64,000 nucleotides of DNA from Dudresnaya verticillata. Its lineage: Eukaryota. The notes under the pieces were generated by a model. The model had not been told where the DNA came from. It saw only the letters and a list, made by a program, of their open reading frames with translations, and did no database searches. Where the stretch lies: contig OZ374559.1 of NCBI GenBank assembly GCA_977862235.1, positions 62,001 through 126,000 of the forward strand, written 5' to 3'. Positions 1 through 10,465 of this stretch are shown piece after piece (the stretch's first letter is position 1; each line of letters begins with the position of its first letter). The position numbers were made by a program, and so were the translations under genes.

Positions 1-456
1 GGGGTGGGCGGGGGGGTGGGCGGGGGGATGGGCGGGGGGTCGGCGTGCATGGAATGTGCTGAAGCACTCTTATAAAAGCGTAAGTGCCCTTTGATCGTCG
101 GCAGGAATGGGCGGATTATATGAAAACATCAAAATCAACTAAAATTTTATAATTTCAAAATTACAATCGGCCCCCTTTCCGATCTCTATCTTCTATCGAG
201 TCCGGGGACACCCCCGTGCACGTAGTTAGTTGCAAATTCCTCACTTCCCGAACTGCAAAGATTTCTTCAACCTTGCTTCACCCTCACAGTCGTCCTGCCT
301 TCCTCAGCGAATGTTCGAACTGCCGCATCGCTCTACATCCAACTATGCAATGCAATGTCTGTCCGCCATAGTCGCGGTATCATCGGTGGCGACTACAAAC
401 CTAACTTCGGAGCTCATGGAGGGAAACTATTTCCTGAGAACTGCACTTTTACTTCC

Positions 457-1632
457 CTACGCACTCTTCGACCTGATTGCACGCTTCGTCTTAATAGCCT
501 TGGCGTTCTTTTCCGCCTCCTTGCTGCGTACGTGATTGTCACGGCCGCCCCACTTGAATACCACCAGACGTGCCCTTTGCTCCATGGAGAAGTCAGTCAG
601 CCTGTCCATAACTTCACGAGTTGGCATATATTGTTCTGATAAGGTTCTTGATCTGCCCGTCCGAACCGGTCCGACGACTTCATACCTTTTGCAATCGTGA
701 TCGTCGGGTAGGACATAGGTGAGTATGTTTTGAGACGCGCCCTCAAGATAACGACCATTGAAAGCCATGACGCTAATATTCTTCGGATCCGCAAGGTGGA
801 GCGGAACTGTGATCTGGAGGCACGTCTTTTCACCAAAGTGAACGACATACGCTGGAATGCTAGTATTCAAGTACTGAAGCTTTCTGTCCTCATCCTCAAA
901 GCAAATTGTCACGACTGTCTCGTCCGTCTCTTTCTTGAGAAGAAAACAATAGAAACCCTCGTTGATTGGCGAAATGTTTAGAATCTCCGGGATACTGTAC
1001 TGCTTGTCCTTGCTCAAGAAACGTAACCAATTTGACAAAGACAACGGTTTGCCTGTAGGGTACCAAAGCATCCATTTTCGGCTTAGGGGTCTGTCTGCGG
1101 TAGTCTTTCCTATTGGTCTTTGAAGATCCGCACGGATTATGCCACTCTCTCCAGTGCAAAGATGAAGCATAACTTGCGTGATGAATGCACGGGACACAGC
1201 GAGACTTCCAAGCCAAATCCATGGAACAGAAGACCTGCTTGGCTCTTTTTCTTTAACACGGGTCAGATCGGCCTTTCCACTGACCCACCTTAGCATAACA
1301 TCTTGGCGCAAACCTTCTTCGTCCAAACGTGACAGCTTTCTGTTTTCTCCTTCATGTTCAGCAACTGAAACCTTGAAGCTCACGAAAGATGCAGAGAAAA
1401 AGACGCAGTGATTACTCTCACGATGAATATACCCCTGCTGTGAGGATAGTTTCTCCGTCCCCGCTTCTATGAAAGCCATAGGCGGCGACAGAGCTCCCGC
1501 TAGGACGCCCTTGGCTGTGGCACATAGAACCGCAGAAGGTGCCGCACTGGGGTCGGAAAATGTGCCTTCCTCATCGTTGTATATCAGGAGGCCAACCTTT
1601 GAGGTTCTCCCGCGCCGAAGAGTAGCAAACAT
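457..1632 (-). CDS. Hypothetical protein, member 1 of a local four-gene orphan family
   Basis: 391-aa ATG ORF. Shares WLGSLA, W-x-x-x-GKP-x-x-L-x-x-WL and P-I-x-x-GFY motifs with the ORFs at 2153, 5081 and 8977. Confidence 0.75.
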   Translation of the reverse strand: MFATLRRGRTSKVGLLIYNDEEGTFSDPSAAPSAVLCATAKGVLAGALSPPMAFIEAGTEKLSSQQGYIHRESNHCVFFSASFVSFKVSVAEHEGENRKLSRLDEEGLRQDVMLRWVSGKADLTRVKEKEPSRSSVPWIWLGSLAVSRAFITQVMLHLCTGESGIIRADLQRPIGKTTADRPLSRKWMLWYPTGKPLSLSNWLRFLSKDKQYSIPEILNISPINEGFYCFLLKKETDETVVTICFEDEDRKLQYLNTSIPAYVVHFGEKTCLQITVPLHLADPKNISVMAFNGRYLEGASQNILTYVLPDDHDCKRYEVVGPVRTGRSRTLSEQYMPTREVMDRLTDFSMEQRARLVVFKWGGRDNHVRSKEAEKNAKAIKTKRAIRSKSA

Positions 1633-2152
1633 TGCGAATCGTTGCGGAACAGTCCCTAAATCCGCGTTGGAAGAGATTTAGCAGGATCAAGGCCTTGTGG
1701 TTTGGGGGATGACCCATGGCACAAGTTCTCTGCTGGCTCGGCGAGAGCACACATTATAAACAGAAAATAGGAAGGAGGAAATTGGTCAGGGGAGCAACAG
1801 TCTTTTTCTGGTACAGTTTTAGAAAACATCTAACATCTGCCAGAGCAGTTTTACAAAACTTTGTTGGAAAAGTCGTTACACCCAAACTTGTCCAATCAGA
1901 CGCCATCGAAACCCTAAGTTCCAACTAACGGAGGAGAAGCAGAAAACGTCCGAAACGTCCGCAAAAATTGCGGAACGATCCGGTATCAGACGAAAAGGAT
2001 TTATGTTCCGGCCGCACAACGGGCCCGTACTCCCCGACCCCCCTCTCCCTCACGCCAAAGCGTTCCTCATCCCACCACCCGATCTGCCCCTACTTTACCA
2101 AGTCCTCAAGCCACTGCGTTGCCGGAAGCGTTTTGACCCCAGAGATTCCATC

Positions 2153-3406
2153 ATGATCGTTACCCTAAAGCGTGGCGATGATGAGATTGTCGGATTTCTA
2201 CTTTACTACTCCGACCCAAGCCCGGTCAATCGCCGAATGGAGGGCTTGCCCCAAAGCGCCCAAATGTACCGCGACGTCCGTGTCTGGGCTAGTGGTGGCC
2301 AACTTCCAAAGTTCTACTTCATCTCAGCGTTCTCTGTTTCCGATGGCTCCGAGAAGCTCCCTCGTGGCCCAGTCTGCACAGCAAGCGAAATACAGAATCT
2401 CTCATTGACTCCACCCCTAATGTATGACGGCTACCTCAGCTATTCCAATAAGATGAAGGAGTTCTCCCTCTGGACAGAGGATGGAGACAAATTTGCTCTA
2501 GACGTCCATTCATGGCAAGACGAGAACAACAATATCCACTCACGGAGCAGTCTCATATTGTCGGTACCATGCCTTCTCAATATGGGAAAGGAAACTAAGT
2601 ATATGCACGTCGCAACCCTGTCCTTCAGGACGTGTGAAAAAGGTTCCATGCTTGCTGTGTCTTGGGTTGGTTCCCTTGCCAGTCGCCTTATCAACGCCTC
2701 AATGGCGTGGCTGGATATACTACCCACAGCAGACATTGACGCAATCCTCTCCAAGTTAAATTCTCCCACCGAAAATGCCGGTCCCTCTACAAGCAACGAG
2801 AAAAAGGATGAGCTCTGGGTGTACTGGGCCATCTGCAAACCGGTTTTTTTGAAGCGCTGGCTTAAAACACTGTTCGACTCCACTTTCGGCTTCCACCACC
2901 TCAAGAGCATCTACGAAGAATTACTGCCAATTAACTCTGGATTCTACAGGGTCTTCCTGGCCGACTTCGAAACGAACGCAGAAGGCAATCCGGAGGTCTG
3001 CATTCTCTGGGCTACATATAGTAATACCGCGACGCAGTATATCGTTGACCTCATCAAAGGCGTTAATGCGCAACAGTCGTTCGGCCCCGACATGAGCCAC
3101 CGCACGATGTTTGCTGCTCAGAACATTCTCAATGTGAGCGTACCATCCCTTGACAACAAGGGTTCCATATGGGATCATATCAATGACACGACTGAGACGA
3201 GGGCTTTCTGCGTCCCAGTACAGGTACATGACAACGAGTGCGTGAAGCCTTGCGATTTCACCACTACTCACGTGATGGAAGCAAACCACTTGAAATATAT
3301 TGTAGAAGGGCTTCGGTTTGGTCGTAAAGTTCCTCTGCCGGACAAAGTTTGGAAGGGGATAGAAACAGAAGCTAAAATAGCCCAAGCGGCTATGTGGCGA
3401 AAGTAG
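2153..3406 (+). CDS. Hypothetical protein, member 2 of the orphan family
   Basis: ATG at 2153 (MIVTL) aligns with the start of the 5081 paralog, although the frame is open from an ATG at 2003. The two proteins are colinear and similar down to the terminal IETEAKI-x5-MWRK. Confidence 0.85.
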   Translation: MIVTLKRGDDEIVGFLLYYSDPSPVNRRMEGLPQSAQMYRDVRVWASGGQLPKFYFISAFSVSDGSEKLPRGPVCTASEIQNLSLTPPLMYDGYLSYSNKMKEFSLWTEDGDKFALDVHSWQDENNNIHSRSSLILSVPCLLNMGKETKYMHVATLSFRTCEKGSMLAVSWVGSLASRLINASMAWLDILPTADIDAILSKLNSPTENAGPSTSNEKKDELWVYWAICKPVFLKRWLKTLFDSTFGFHHLKSIYEELLPINSGFYRVFLADFETNAEGNPEVCILWATYSNTATQYIVDLIKGVNAQQSFGPDMSHRTMFAAQNILNVSVPSLDNKGSIWDHINDTTETRAFCVPVQVHDNECVKPCDFTTTHVMEANHLKYIVEGLRFGRKVPLPDKVWKGIETEAKIAQAAMWRK

Positions 3407-3639
3407 TTAACCAAGTACAATCAATATACCCAGTTCACTAAACCTCCCGACACAGTGCCCCTAAGCTACCCGATTCCAGTTCTTTCCCACACTCGTAGAC
3501 TCTTCTTTCAGCACAACGCGTGCTCTCCTTTTCAGATATCAGCGTTGCTCAAGTCGGGATCCTGTTCGGTTTAACATTGGGGACGTTGACGAACCGGCCT
3601 TTTAACCAGCTATGTGCTCAAGGCTCCGCAATGAAACAG

Positions 3640-3695
3640 CCAATTAGAAATCCGGTTCATAACGAAGTCTGGTTATGAACAGCGTTTTTAATTGG
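3640..3695. repeat. Imperfect 56-bp palindrome (CCAATT...GTTCATAAC / GTTATGAAC...AATTGG)
   Basis: Inverted arms read directly. The same unit occurs three times at 7038-7296. Confidence 0.7.
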
Positions 3696-3991
3696 TGCTA
3701 CGTAATCGATCTGTAAGCCAATCACGTCTCATGGGAACAGCGAAATAGATCTTCCTCCCTTCGCTACCCGTTGACACACAACGAGGCTGCAGACTCACCC
3801 GCGACTGCTCGGTTTCGGCGGCCTGCAAAACTTTCAGGTTGCCCGCCTCGTGAATCTCTCCGCAGGTAGATGCCCCCTAATATTTCGGTATATAATCCCC
3901 ACCTGTTCATGTCGTACGGAATTGCGCAGCCTTCCGCAACTCCGTAACAGAATACTGCCAATCCCGCTTAAGCCCTCACCCATCACTCTCA

Positions 3992-4540
3992 ATGCCGCCT
4001 ACAAAGCAATCCTCCGGCCATCAACTGGCCTCGAATTCAGATGCTCATAATCGCATGGCACCAGAATCCGAAAAGGATTCTATCAGCCCTCCCCCTCATC
4101 CATGGTCCTTGTACAGCCTGTGTCGCGGAAGAGAAATGCTATCGGACATGATATACAGACTGGGCTCGACAGAGCTGCTCATTCTCATGAAAGACGCTCA
4201 AAAAGCAGGAAGGTTTATCGTTGGCATCAGAAACCTGGTTACTCAGATCAGCGACCCCGCCCTTCTCGCAGCAGTTAAGAGGGACTTTCTCAAGGACGAA
4301 GACGACCGAGATGCCGCCGCTTACGATTTATCCCTGAGTAGGGAAAGCATCAAGATCCGACGAGCAATTCTTGCTCGTCGGCGTCGCACGCGCTTTTCGG
4401 ACATACCGCAGTTAGCGAAGGAAGAGAATTTGTCATATCATCCAGACATGCGCATCTGTCTTGAATGTTTCTGGGACGGCGAAAAAGACTTTAACGCCGA
4501 TTCTTGTCTGTGCACAAAGCATGACCCATACATACTATAA
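3992..4540 (+). CDS. Hypothetical protein with C-terminal CxxC-x12-CxC-x2-H putative Zn site
   Basis: 182-aa ORF (alternative ATG at 4055) with a TATATAA about 100 bp upstream and C-terminal CLECFWDGEKDFNADSCLCTKH. Confidence 0.55.
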   Translation: MPPTKQSSGHQLASNSDAHNRMAPESEKDSISPPPHPWSLYSLCRGREMLSDMIYRLGSTELLILMKDAQKAGRFIVGIRNLVTQISDPALLAAVKRDFLKDEDDRDAAAYDLSLSRESIKIRRAILARRRRTRFSDIPQLAKEENLSYHPDMRICLECFWDGEKDFNADSCLCTKHDPYIL

Positions 4541-5080
4541 CCTCAAGCACATCGTCACAGGTACGCCGAACCACGAAGGCATGTATTGTCAAACGCTTCC
4601 GGAAATTTACATTGGCGCAAGTTTCGCGACGAGGAACGATTTCGCGGCCGTTACTGCTAATGCTACTATCGCTAGTATCGATCGTCTCCATGGCCGGTGT
4701 CGATGACGATGAAGTTGGTATCTGCGACTCCCACCCAGTTTAGACGTACAAGGAAATGCTATCGGGCAAAATGCGGCCGACGGGGAAGACGTTCTCAGGT
4801 ACACTTCAACAAAATATAGCAAAATAAAATAAATAAATAAATTTGAATCCAATCCAAATACACAGTTTGGAAACTTCGTCGGCGACCGTCTGCGCCGAGG
4901 CTGGATATATGATAACCACAATGCATAAAACCCCATATCTTCGTTCCCGCCCTCTCCGCTACAGCCCACCTACGCATAAAACCTTCTATCACCACGCAAC
5001 TGCTTTGTAATCCGTACCCACACCTCTTCCCCCCAAACCACCCCCAAACCACCCCTTCCCACCCCCCACCGAGCCCTGCC

Positions 5081-6412
5081 ATGATTGTCACCCTCCAAAT
5101 TCAAGATCGCGATGTGGATGGCTTCCTCATCTACTACTCTGATCCGAGTCCGATTAATCGCCGGATAGAGGGATTGCCACCAAGCGCCCAGCTATACCGC
5201 GACATTCGTGCCTGGGCTGGTGGCGGCCAACTCCCGAAGTTCATCTTCATCTCGGCGTTCCAACCTTCCGGTACCGACGAGGAACTGCCCCAACACTTCT
5301 CCGAGGTAGATATCTTCGATGCCAACAAGATCCAGAACCCACCGGTGATATACGAGGGGTATTTGACCTACTCTTCCTCTGAACCGAAAGAGGAGGAATC
5401 TGATGAGGAGGAGGAGAACGCCTCCAACAGTGAGGAGCGATCTGACAAGCATGAGGAGGGGTACTTCTTTTTGACAGATGACGGCGACAAATGGCCGCTG
5501 GACATCGCTTCTTGGGAAAGCGAGAATAAGCGTCTTCTCCAAAACTCAGGGAAGGCATTGTCTGTCCCATGCCTCATCGAGACGAAGAACGGAACCTGTT
5601 GCATGTACGTCCTACTTGTCATGTTCAGGAGGAGCTCCCGAGGTTCGGTGCTTGCCATTTCTTGGATCGGCGCCCTCGCTAGCTCACTCAGCGCAGCTTC
5701 AATGGAATGGTTGGAGATACTGGCTACAGAAGACAAGAGCGATATTCGCTCTAAGCTCAACTCCGCGTCTCCCAGTACCAACGCCATTTCCACTATAAGC
5801 GACGAGCTGTGGATGTACTGGGCCGTCTCCAAACCGGTTTGCTTCAGGCGCTGGCTCCAAGTCCTCTTCAAGTCTTCATTCGCGTTTGAGAAACTGAAAA
5901 CCATCCATGAAGAACTTCACCCCAGCTTGTCTGGCTTCCACAAGGTGAGCCTCAGCGACTGTGACAAGAACGAAGAGGGACGTGATGCGGTCTCCATGCT
6001 CTGGTTCACACAGGAAAAGCCTCTGGCGCAGTACCGAATCGAGATCATCAAGGGAGTTAATGCCACAGAGGCGTTCGGCCCAGACATGAGCCACCGCATC
6101 ATGTTTGCTTCTCAAAATGTGCTGAACGTGGCACCACTTGGTGGGCAACCCTCTTCTGACAAAGATGCAATATGGAGTAATATGGACCAGACCTCTGAAA
6201 CGAGGGCGTTCTTCGTGCCAGTGTTGGTGAAGAAGGGTAAGAAGGTCAAACCGTGTGACTTTACTCGTGTTTACGCTCTGAACAATCCCAACAACTTCGA
6301 AGACCTTCTTAAGGAACTCCGGTTCGGTGCTTCGAGGGCTTTGCCTGAGAAAATTTGGGGTTGCATAGAAACAGAAGCTAAAATATCGCAAGACGGAATG
6401 TGGCGAAAGTAG
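5081..6412 (+). CDS. Hypothetical protein, member 3 of the orphan family
   Basis: 443-aa ORF and close paralog of 2153-3406 (YYSDPSP, WAxGGQLPKF, FGPDMSHRxMFA, ETRAF, KPCDFT), with an acidic insertion. Confidence 0.85.
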   Translation: MIVTLQIQDRDVDGFLIYYSDPSPINRRIEGLPPSAQLYRDIRAWAGGGQLPKFIFISAFQPSGTDEELPQHFSEVDIFDANKIQNPPVIYEGYLTYSSSEPKEEESDEEEENASNSEERSDKHEEGYFFLTDDGDKWPLDIASWESENKRLLQNSGKALSVPCLIETKNGTCCMYVLLVMFRRSSRGSVLAISWIGALASSLSAASMEWLEILATEDKSDIRSKLNSASPSTNAISTISDELWMYWAVSKPVCFRRWLQVLFKSSFAFEKLKTIHEELHPSLSGFHKVSLSDCDKNEEGRDAVSMLWFTQEKPLAQYRIEIIKGVNATEAFGPDMSHRIMFASQNVLNVAPLGGQPSSDKDAIWSNMDQTSETRAFFVPVLVKKGKKVKPCDFTRVYALNNPNNFEDLLKELRFGASRALPEKIWGCIETEAKISQDGMWRK

Positions 6413-6500
6413 CTGGAAAAGTAACTGTATCCAAGCACTAGACCCTATAAACCCCTAAACTTACTACTTTCAGCACCTCAACCCCATCACGCACGATACG

Positions 6501-6546
6501 TAAAACCCCTAAACCCCTAAACCCCTGAACCCCTAAACCCCTAAAC
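6501..6546 (+). repeat. Interstitial telomere-like tract (AAACCCCT)~5
   Basis: taaaacccctaaacccctaaacccctgaacccctaaacccctaaac. Confidence 0.75.
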
Positions 6547-7030
6547 GTGACCTTATCAGCCACGACATAGCTGGTTCACGGAAATCTATGTCACAGTTGC
6601 ATTGCCGTAGAAGCGCGACACATCCCGAGAGCCACCCGCTGACTAAACCATCTCCGAGACAACCTTTGGTACCGACACACTCGGCGCCGTTGAAAGAGAA
6701 GGTAACATTTTTTCCTACGCCGGCATGCATCGTTCTGTGCCCAACATAATGGCACTTTCTGTTCAGACACCAAACCATGCCTTCTCCAACTCTTTGAAAC
6801 CTCCGGGCCAGACGACGACGAACTGATCCTGTTCCAACGCTTCCGCGCCGCGCTCCACATCGACTACAAGCACGCATGATCGTAGAAGCTCAGTTCTCTT
6901 CCTCTCTCCCTCTCCATCCCCTCAGCTGAGTGAGAATATAGACCACTCGGGCAGACCTTTAGAGCTGAACTCCGAGACCAAGGCTGTGCGAATCGTGTCC
7001 ATGCTGTAGTGCTAGCAACTGCGCCTCAAT

Positions 7031-7298
7031 GAAGCAGCCAATTAAAACCCCCGTTCATCCGGGAACCCTGTTATGAACAGGCTTTCTGATTGGTGCGATT
7101 AGGGGCCAACCGTATGCTCGTGGCGCCCCACTGCAGCAGCCAATTAAAAATCCCGTTCATCCGGGAACCCTGTTATGAACAGGCTTTCTAATTGGTGCGA
7201 TTAGGGGCCAGCCGTATGCTCGTGGCGCCCCACTGAAGCAGCCAATTAAAAATCCCGTTCATCCGGGAACCCTGTTATGAACAGACCTTCTGATTGGC
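7031..7298. repeat. Tandem repeat with 102-bp period (~2.6 copies), each unit carrying the CCAATT palindrome
   Basis: ccaatt starts at 7038, 7140 and 7242, and the units are near-identical. Confidence 0.9.
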
Positions 7299-7656
7299 GC
7301 GTCCCACAGCCGCCTAAACCTTATTGTCGTCCTCTATGTCGCAACATAAGTTATCTGCGATAATGCAACCGAGAAGTCAGCTCTGCTCCTGGACAAGGTG
7401 GAGTAGGTAGAACGCAAGCGCGCAAAGCCCGAAAGATATTTTCGCTCACACTGCAGGCGTTGTCGCCGTTGTCGCCACGTCTGCCGCCACAACGACTGCG
7501 CGTAAATACGGGGGGCAATATGGCGGTAGAGAAGTGTAGCTTTATCCACGAAATGCAACTATAATCACCAAGCATCGCGGCCTTTGCCGGCGGGAGAAGC
7601 GCAAGTGGCCCTTTTTTCACTTGTTTTGCAAGGATGGCTACGGCATACCTGGAGAG

Positions 7657-8616
7657 CTAATTACCTGGTCCCTCCTGGTCCTCACAAGACATGGTTCCAT
7701 CAATTTCTGCAATCTTCTTCCGCATTTCCGCCTCGAAAAACGGATCATTCGCTATGGTCCGTGCTCTCTTGAAGTGCCTCTTGGCGGAATTAAGATCCTT
7801 CTCGCATCCCTGGCCCTTGAAGTACATCTCCCCTAACTTATTGCAAGCGTCGTATAAGTCCGCACGAGGGAGCGCCCGAGCATCAAGCTCCACAAGGAGC
7901 TCGAGTATTTTCTTGGCACGGAGATAGTCCGGAGCATCAATCCCTTCGCCCTCGTACACCATGAAGGCCAGTGTTTTCAGAGGTTGAAAGTCTCGCTTGC
8001 CTGAAAAACCCCTTAGCTCTGCGGCTATCTCGTAGAGTGGTAGTGCTCGAGCCGTGTCCTTGGGACAGCAGTGTGTTCCCCTGTGAAAGCTCTTCGCCAG
8101 CATCAGACTGGCGTGGTACCTCTCCTCGCCCTCACCGCTCCTGATCACGCGTTGAAGGAGGGCAGTTCGATCTGTGAGTGGATGCGCTATCGAGCCAAAC
8201 TTGTTTTCATCCGAGAAGTGCACATAAGCGACAGTAGCCTTCAAGTCACCACGGTCGAGTCCATCCGCCAACAGTCGAATACCTCGGATCAATTCCGTCT
8301 TCCCGAATTTGTTGTCGCGGTTCTGAACATACAGATTGGCAAGGGCATGTGCAGCTAACAACTCCTGCGGATGCTCTTGAAGGACATTTTCGAGAATCCC
8401 TGCAGCGCGTCTGGGATCCAGGTGCTCGCCATATGCCAGTACGAGAGCAACATTGAGGTCAACTTCCTTCTTCTCCATATGGTCCTCTGCCAAATATGTA
8501 AGGAAGTCGCTCTCTGAACAAGGTATGGACGGGGTCTCGATCGGTAGGCTGCAAATCGCCATCTCACAGACCCAAGTCTTACGGAAAGCGCAATTACGGA
8601 ACTGAGCCAAAGACAT
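7657..8616 (-). CDS. Sel1-like repeat protein (divergent)
   Basis: Sel1-type motifs LAKSFHRGTHCCPKDTARALPLYEIAA and LGEMYFKGQGCEKDLNSAKRHFKRA. First ATG at 8616. Confidence 0.75.
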   Translation of the reverse strand: MSLAQFRNCAFRKTWVCEMAICSLPIETPSIPCSESDFLTYLAEDHMEKKEVDLNVALVLAYGEHLDPRRAAGILENVLQEHPQELLAAHALANLYVQNRDNKFGKTELIRGIRLLADGLDRGDLKATVAYVHFSDENKFGSIAHPLTDRTALLQRVIRSGEGEERYHASLMLAKSFHRGTHCCPKDTARALPLYEIAAELRGFSGKRDFQPLKTLAFMVYEGEGIDAPDYLRAKKILELLVELDARALPRADLYDACNKLGEMYFKGQGCEKDLNSAKRHFKRARTIANDPFFEAEMRKKIAEIDGTMSCEDQEGPGN

Positions 8617-8976
8617 ATTGTGGTCGAACCGAGGATACCGCGATAGTAGTAGCAGCTGAGAGTGGAGTCGATGCAATACAACAGTTCACTGATGACTTGT
8701 TGCGCGGGTATTTGTACGACATGCGCAGCAGCGGGGGCACCGGACGCGAACTAAAGTTGCGAAATTGGCGGCACGGTCGTCGGGAGCGGACGAGGATTGA
8801 CGCCATTTCGATTCGAAAACAATGCCATAGTGAATATCCAAAAAAAAGATATATTTACGAGCGCCAGGACCGCCAGTAACAGGTTCTATATGTTTCTAGT
8901 CCTACATTTGTAGTCCATTCACAACAACAGTTACAAGGCTTTCGAGGACGCAAGGACGCCTCGATGCTCTACGATA

Positions 8977-10173
8977 TTACGTCTTCTGCACCTTTTGAGG
9001 CAAGTTCTCAGCTGATCTCGGCAGTTCGCGAGGACCAAGGACGGATTCCAACGATGTAGCTGGTAGTCGGAGAACGTTCTCAAGAACCACCTCGTTCAGG
9101 ACCGCGGCATTGCAGCTTTGGTCTCCTCGCCGCCTGTTCAGCCAACTTACTCTCTGAGTTGAGCTCTTAGGCAACGAATTGTTCGGGCCAATGGCACTTA
9201 TCTTCAGCATACTGCTAATGATGAATACCGGGACCTCAAGTATGGCACCTGCGAAGCCCCACGACACGCTATTCTTGTGCTCGTCCATCGGAGAACACAA
9301 GCACATGTCCATACTCATTCGGAGCTCATTCCTGCCCATTCGATGCCCAACGGACAATTCTAACACGCTTTCTCCCTCATTACACAGCACGACCGTAGGG
9401 CTACCTCTTCGGTCGTCTTCAACTACCCCAAGATAGAAACCGGCCAGAACTGGACTGTATACCTCTCTAATCTTCTGCCGCTGCGCAACATTGAGATTAT
9501 TCTCGTGAAGGAACTTGAGCCAACTTCGAAGGTCTCGAGGAACGCCAGAAGGGTACCAGACCCAGCACATTGAAGTACTGCCCAACTCCCCACAGACGCC
9601 CAGTGCTTCCTGCTTATTTAAGCTAAGTGCGTTCAGATTCACACCAGGTTCCAACATACACTTGAATAGCAGCTGGGTAGTTGTGCAGTGGCGATAAGCA
9701 AGCGCGGCAACCCAACGCATGCACTCCAATCCTTTCCTTGTGATCGGGTCTTCTGATTCACGCAAATTGACCCAGCGAACCGTTGTAGTGTGCCCGCTCT
9801 TGCACAAAAGCGGCACGGCGTCCGGTAAACCCTCGGAGGATGCCTTTGCGAGAACCCTTCTGTTTTCTTCTTCATGACAGGTTCCTCTGTAGCGCCACTG
9901 CCCTGCTCTAGTGTTGATGAAAACGGTGTTTCCTTTCACGACGAGGGCACCCGAAAGAACCAAGGGAATTTCCCCTTCCTTGAACGGCCCAATTATTGTC
10001 ACAAGCGGTAATAACCCTGTTCTTCGGTACGTTTCGACGTCATGCTTCAACCGCACTGCATCTGGTAGCGATTCACAGTTCGGGAGAGCCCCTACTGTGC
10101 CTGGATTTGAATAGTGTGTGACCAGGACATGTACCGGCTCGTCCTTTGAAGGGGCTTTGAAAACGCAAAACAT
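8977..10173 (-). CDS. Hypothetical protein, member 4 of the orphan family
   Basis: 398-aa ATG ORF. WVAALA, WVWYPSGVPRDLRSWLKFL and SPVLAGFY match the family motifs. Confidence 0.7.
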   Translation of the reverse strand: MFCVFKAPSKDEPVHVLVTHYSNPGTVGALPNCESLPDAVRLKHDVETYRRTGLLPLVTIIGPFKEGEIPLVLSGALVVKGNTVFINTRAGQWRYRGTCHEEENRRVLAKASSEGLPDAVPLLCKSGHTTTVRWVNLRESEDPITRKGLECMRWVAALAYRHCTTTQLLFKCMLEPGVNLNALSLNKQEALGVCGELGSTSMCWVWYPSGVPRDLRSWLKFLHENNLNVAQRQKIREVYSPVLAGFYLGVVEDDRRGSPTVVLCNEGESVLELSVGHRMGRNELRMSMDMCLCSPMDEHKNSVSWGFAGAILEVPVFIISSMLKISAIGPNNSLPKSSTQRVSWLNRRRGDQSCNAAVLNEVVLENVLRLPATSLESVLGPRELPRSAENLPQKVQKT

Positions 10174-10465
10174 GGCCCGGGTGTGCCCAGCAGACGGTCA
10201 CAGGGTGGGTGGCGCTACTATAGGTGTGCACGTGCCGTCTTTGGTCTGCGGTTAGTGGGTTTCGCAGCCCGGATAGTAGAGATTGTTGAAATAGGCGGAG
10301 CAAGTAGGAATTATAGCGGGAAAAGTATATTTTTTCCGTCTACCAACGGGCGCGGGGGACAAACTATATTACAACTATGATCTACCAGTACCAACTACTC
10401 CCTATCAGGCAGTGGGCGCCCGTTGCCGCCGGTCATGCACACTCCAGCCCTGCGCGCGCGAACCC

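Noticed and set aside
1..40. G-rich tract with G-quadruplex potential
   Set aside because: Short, cut by the window edge and different from the CCCCTAAA repeat.
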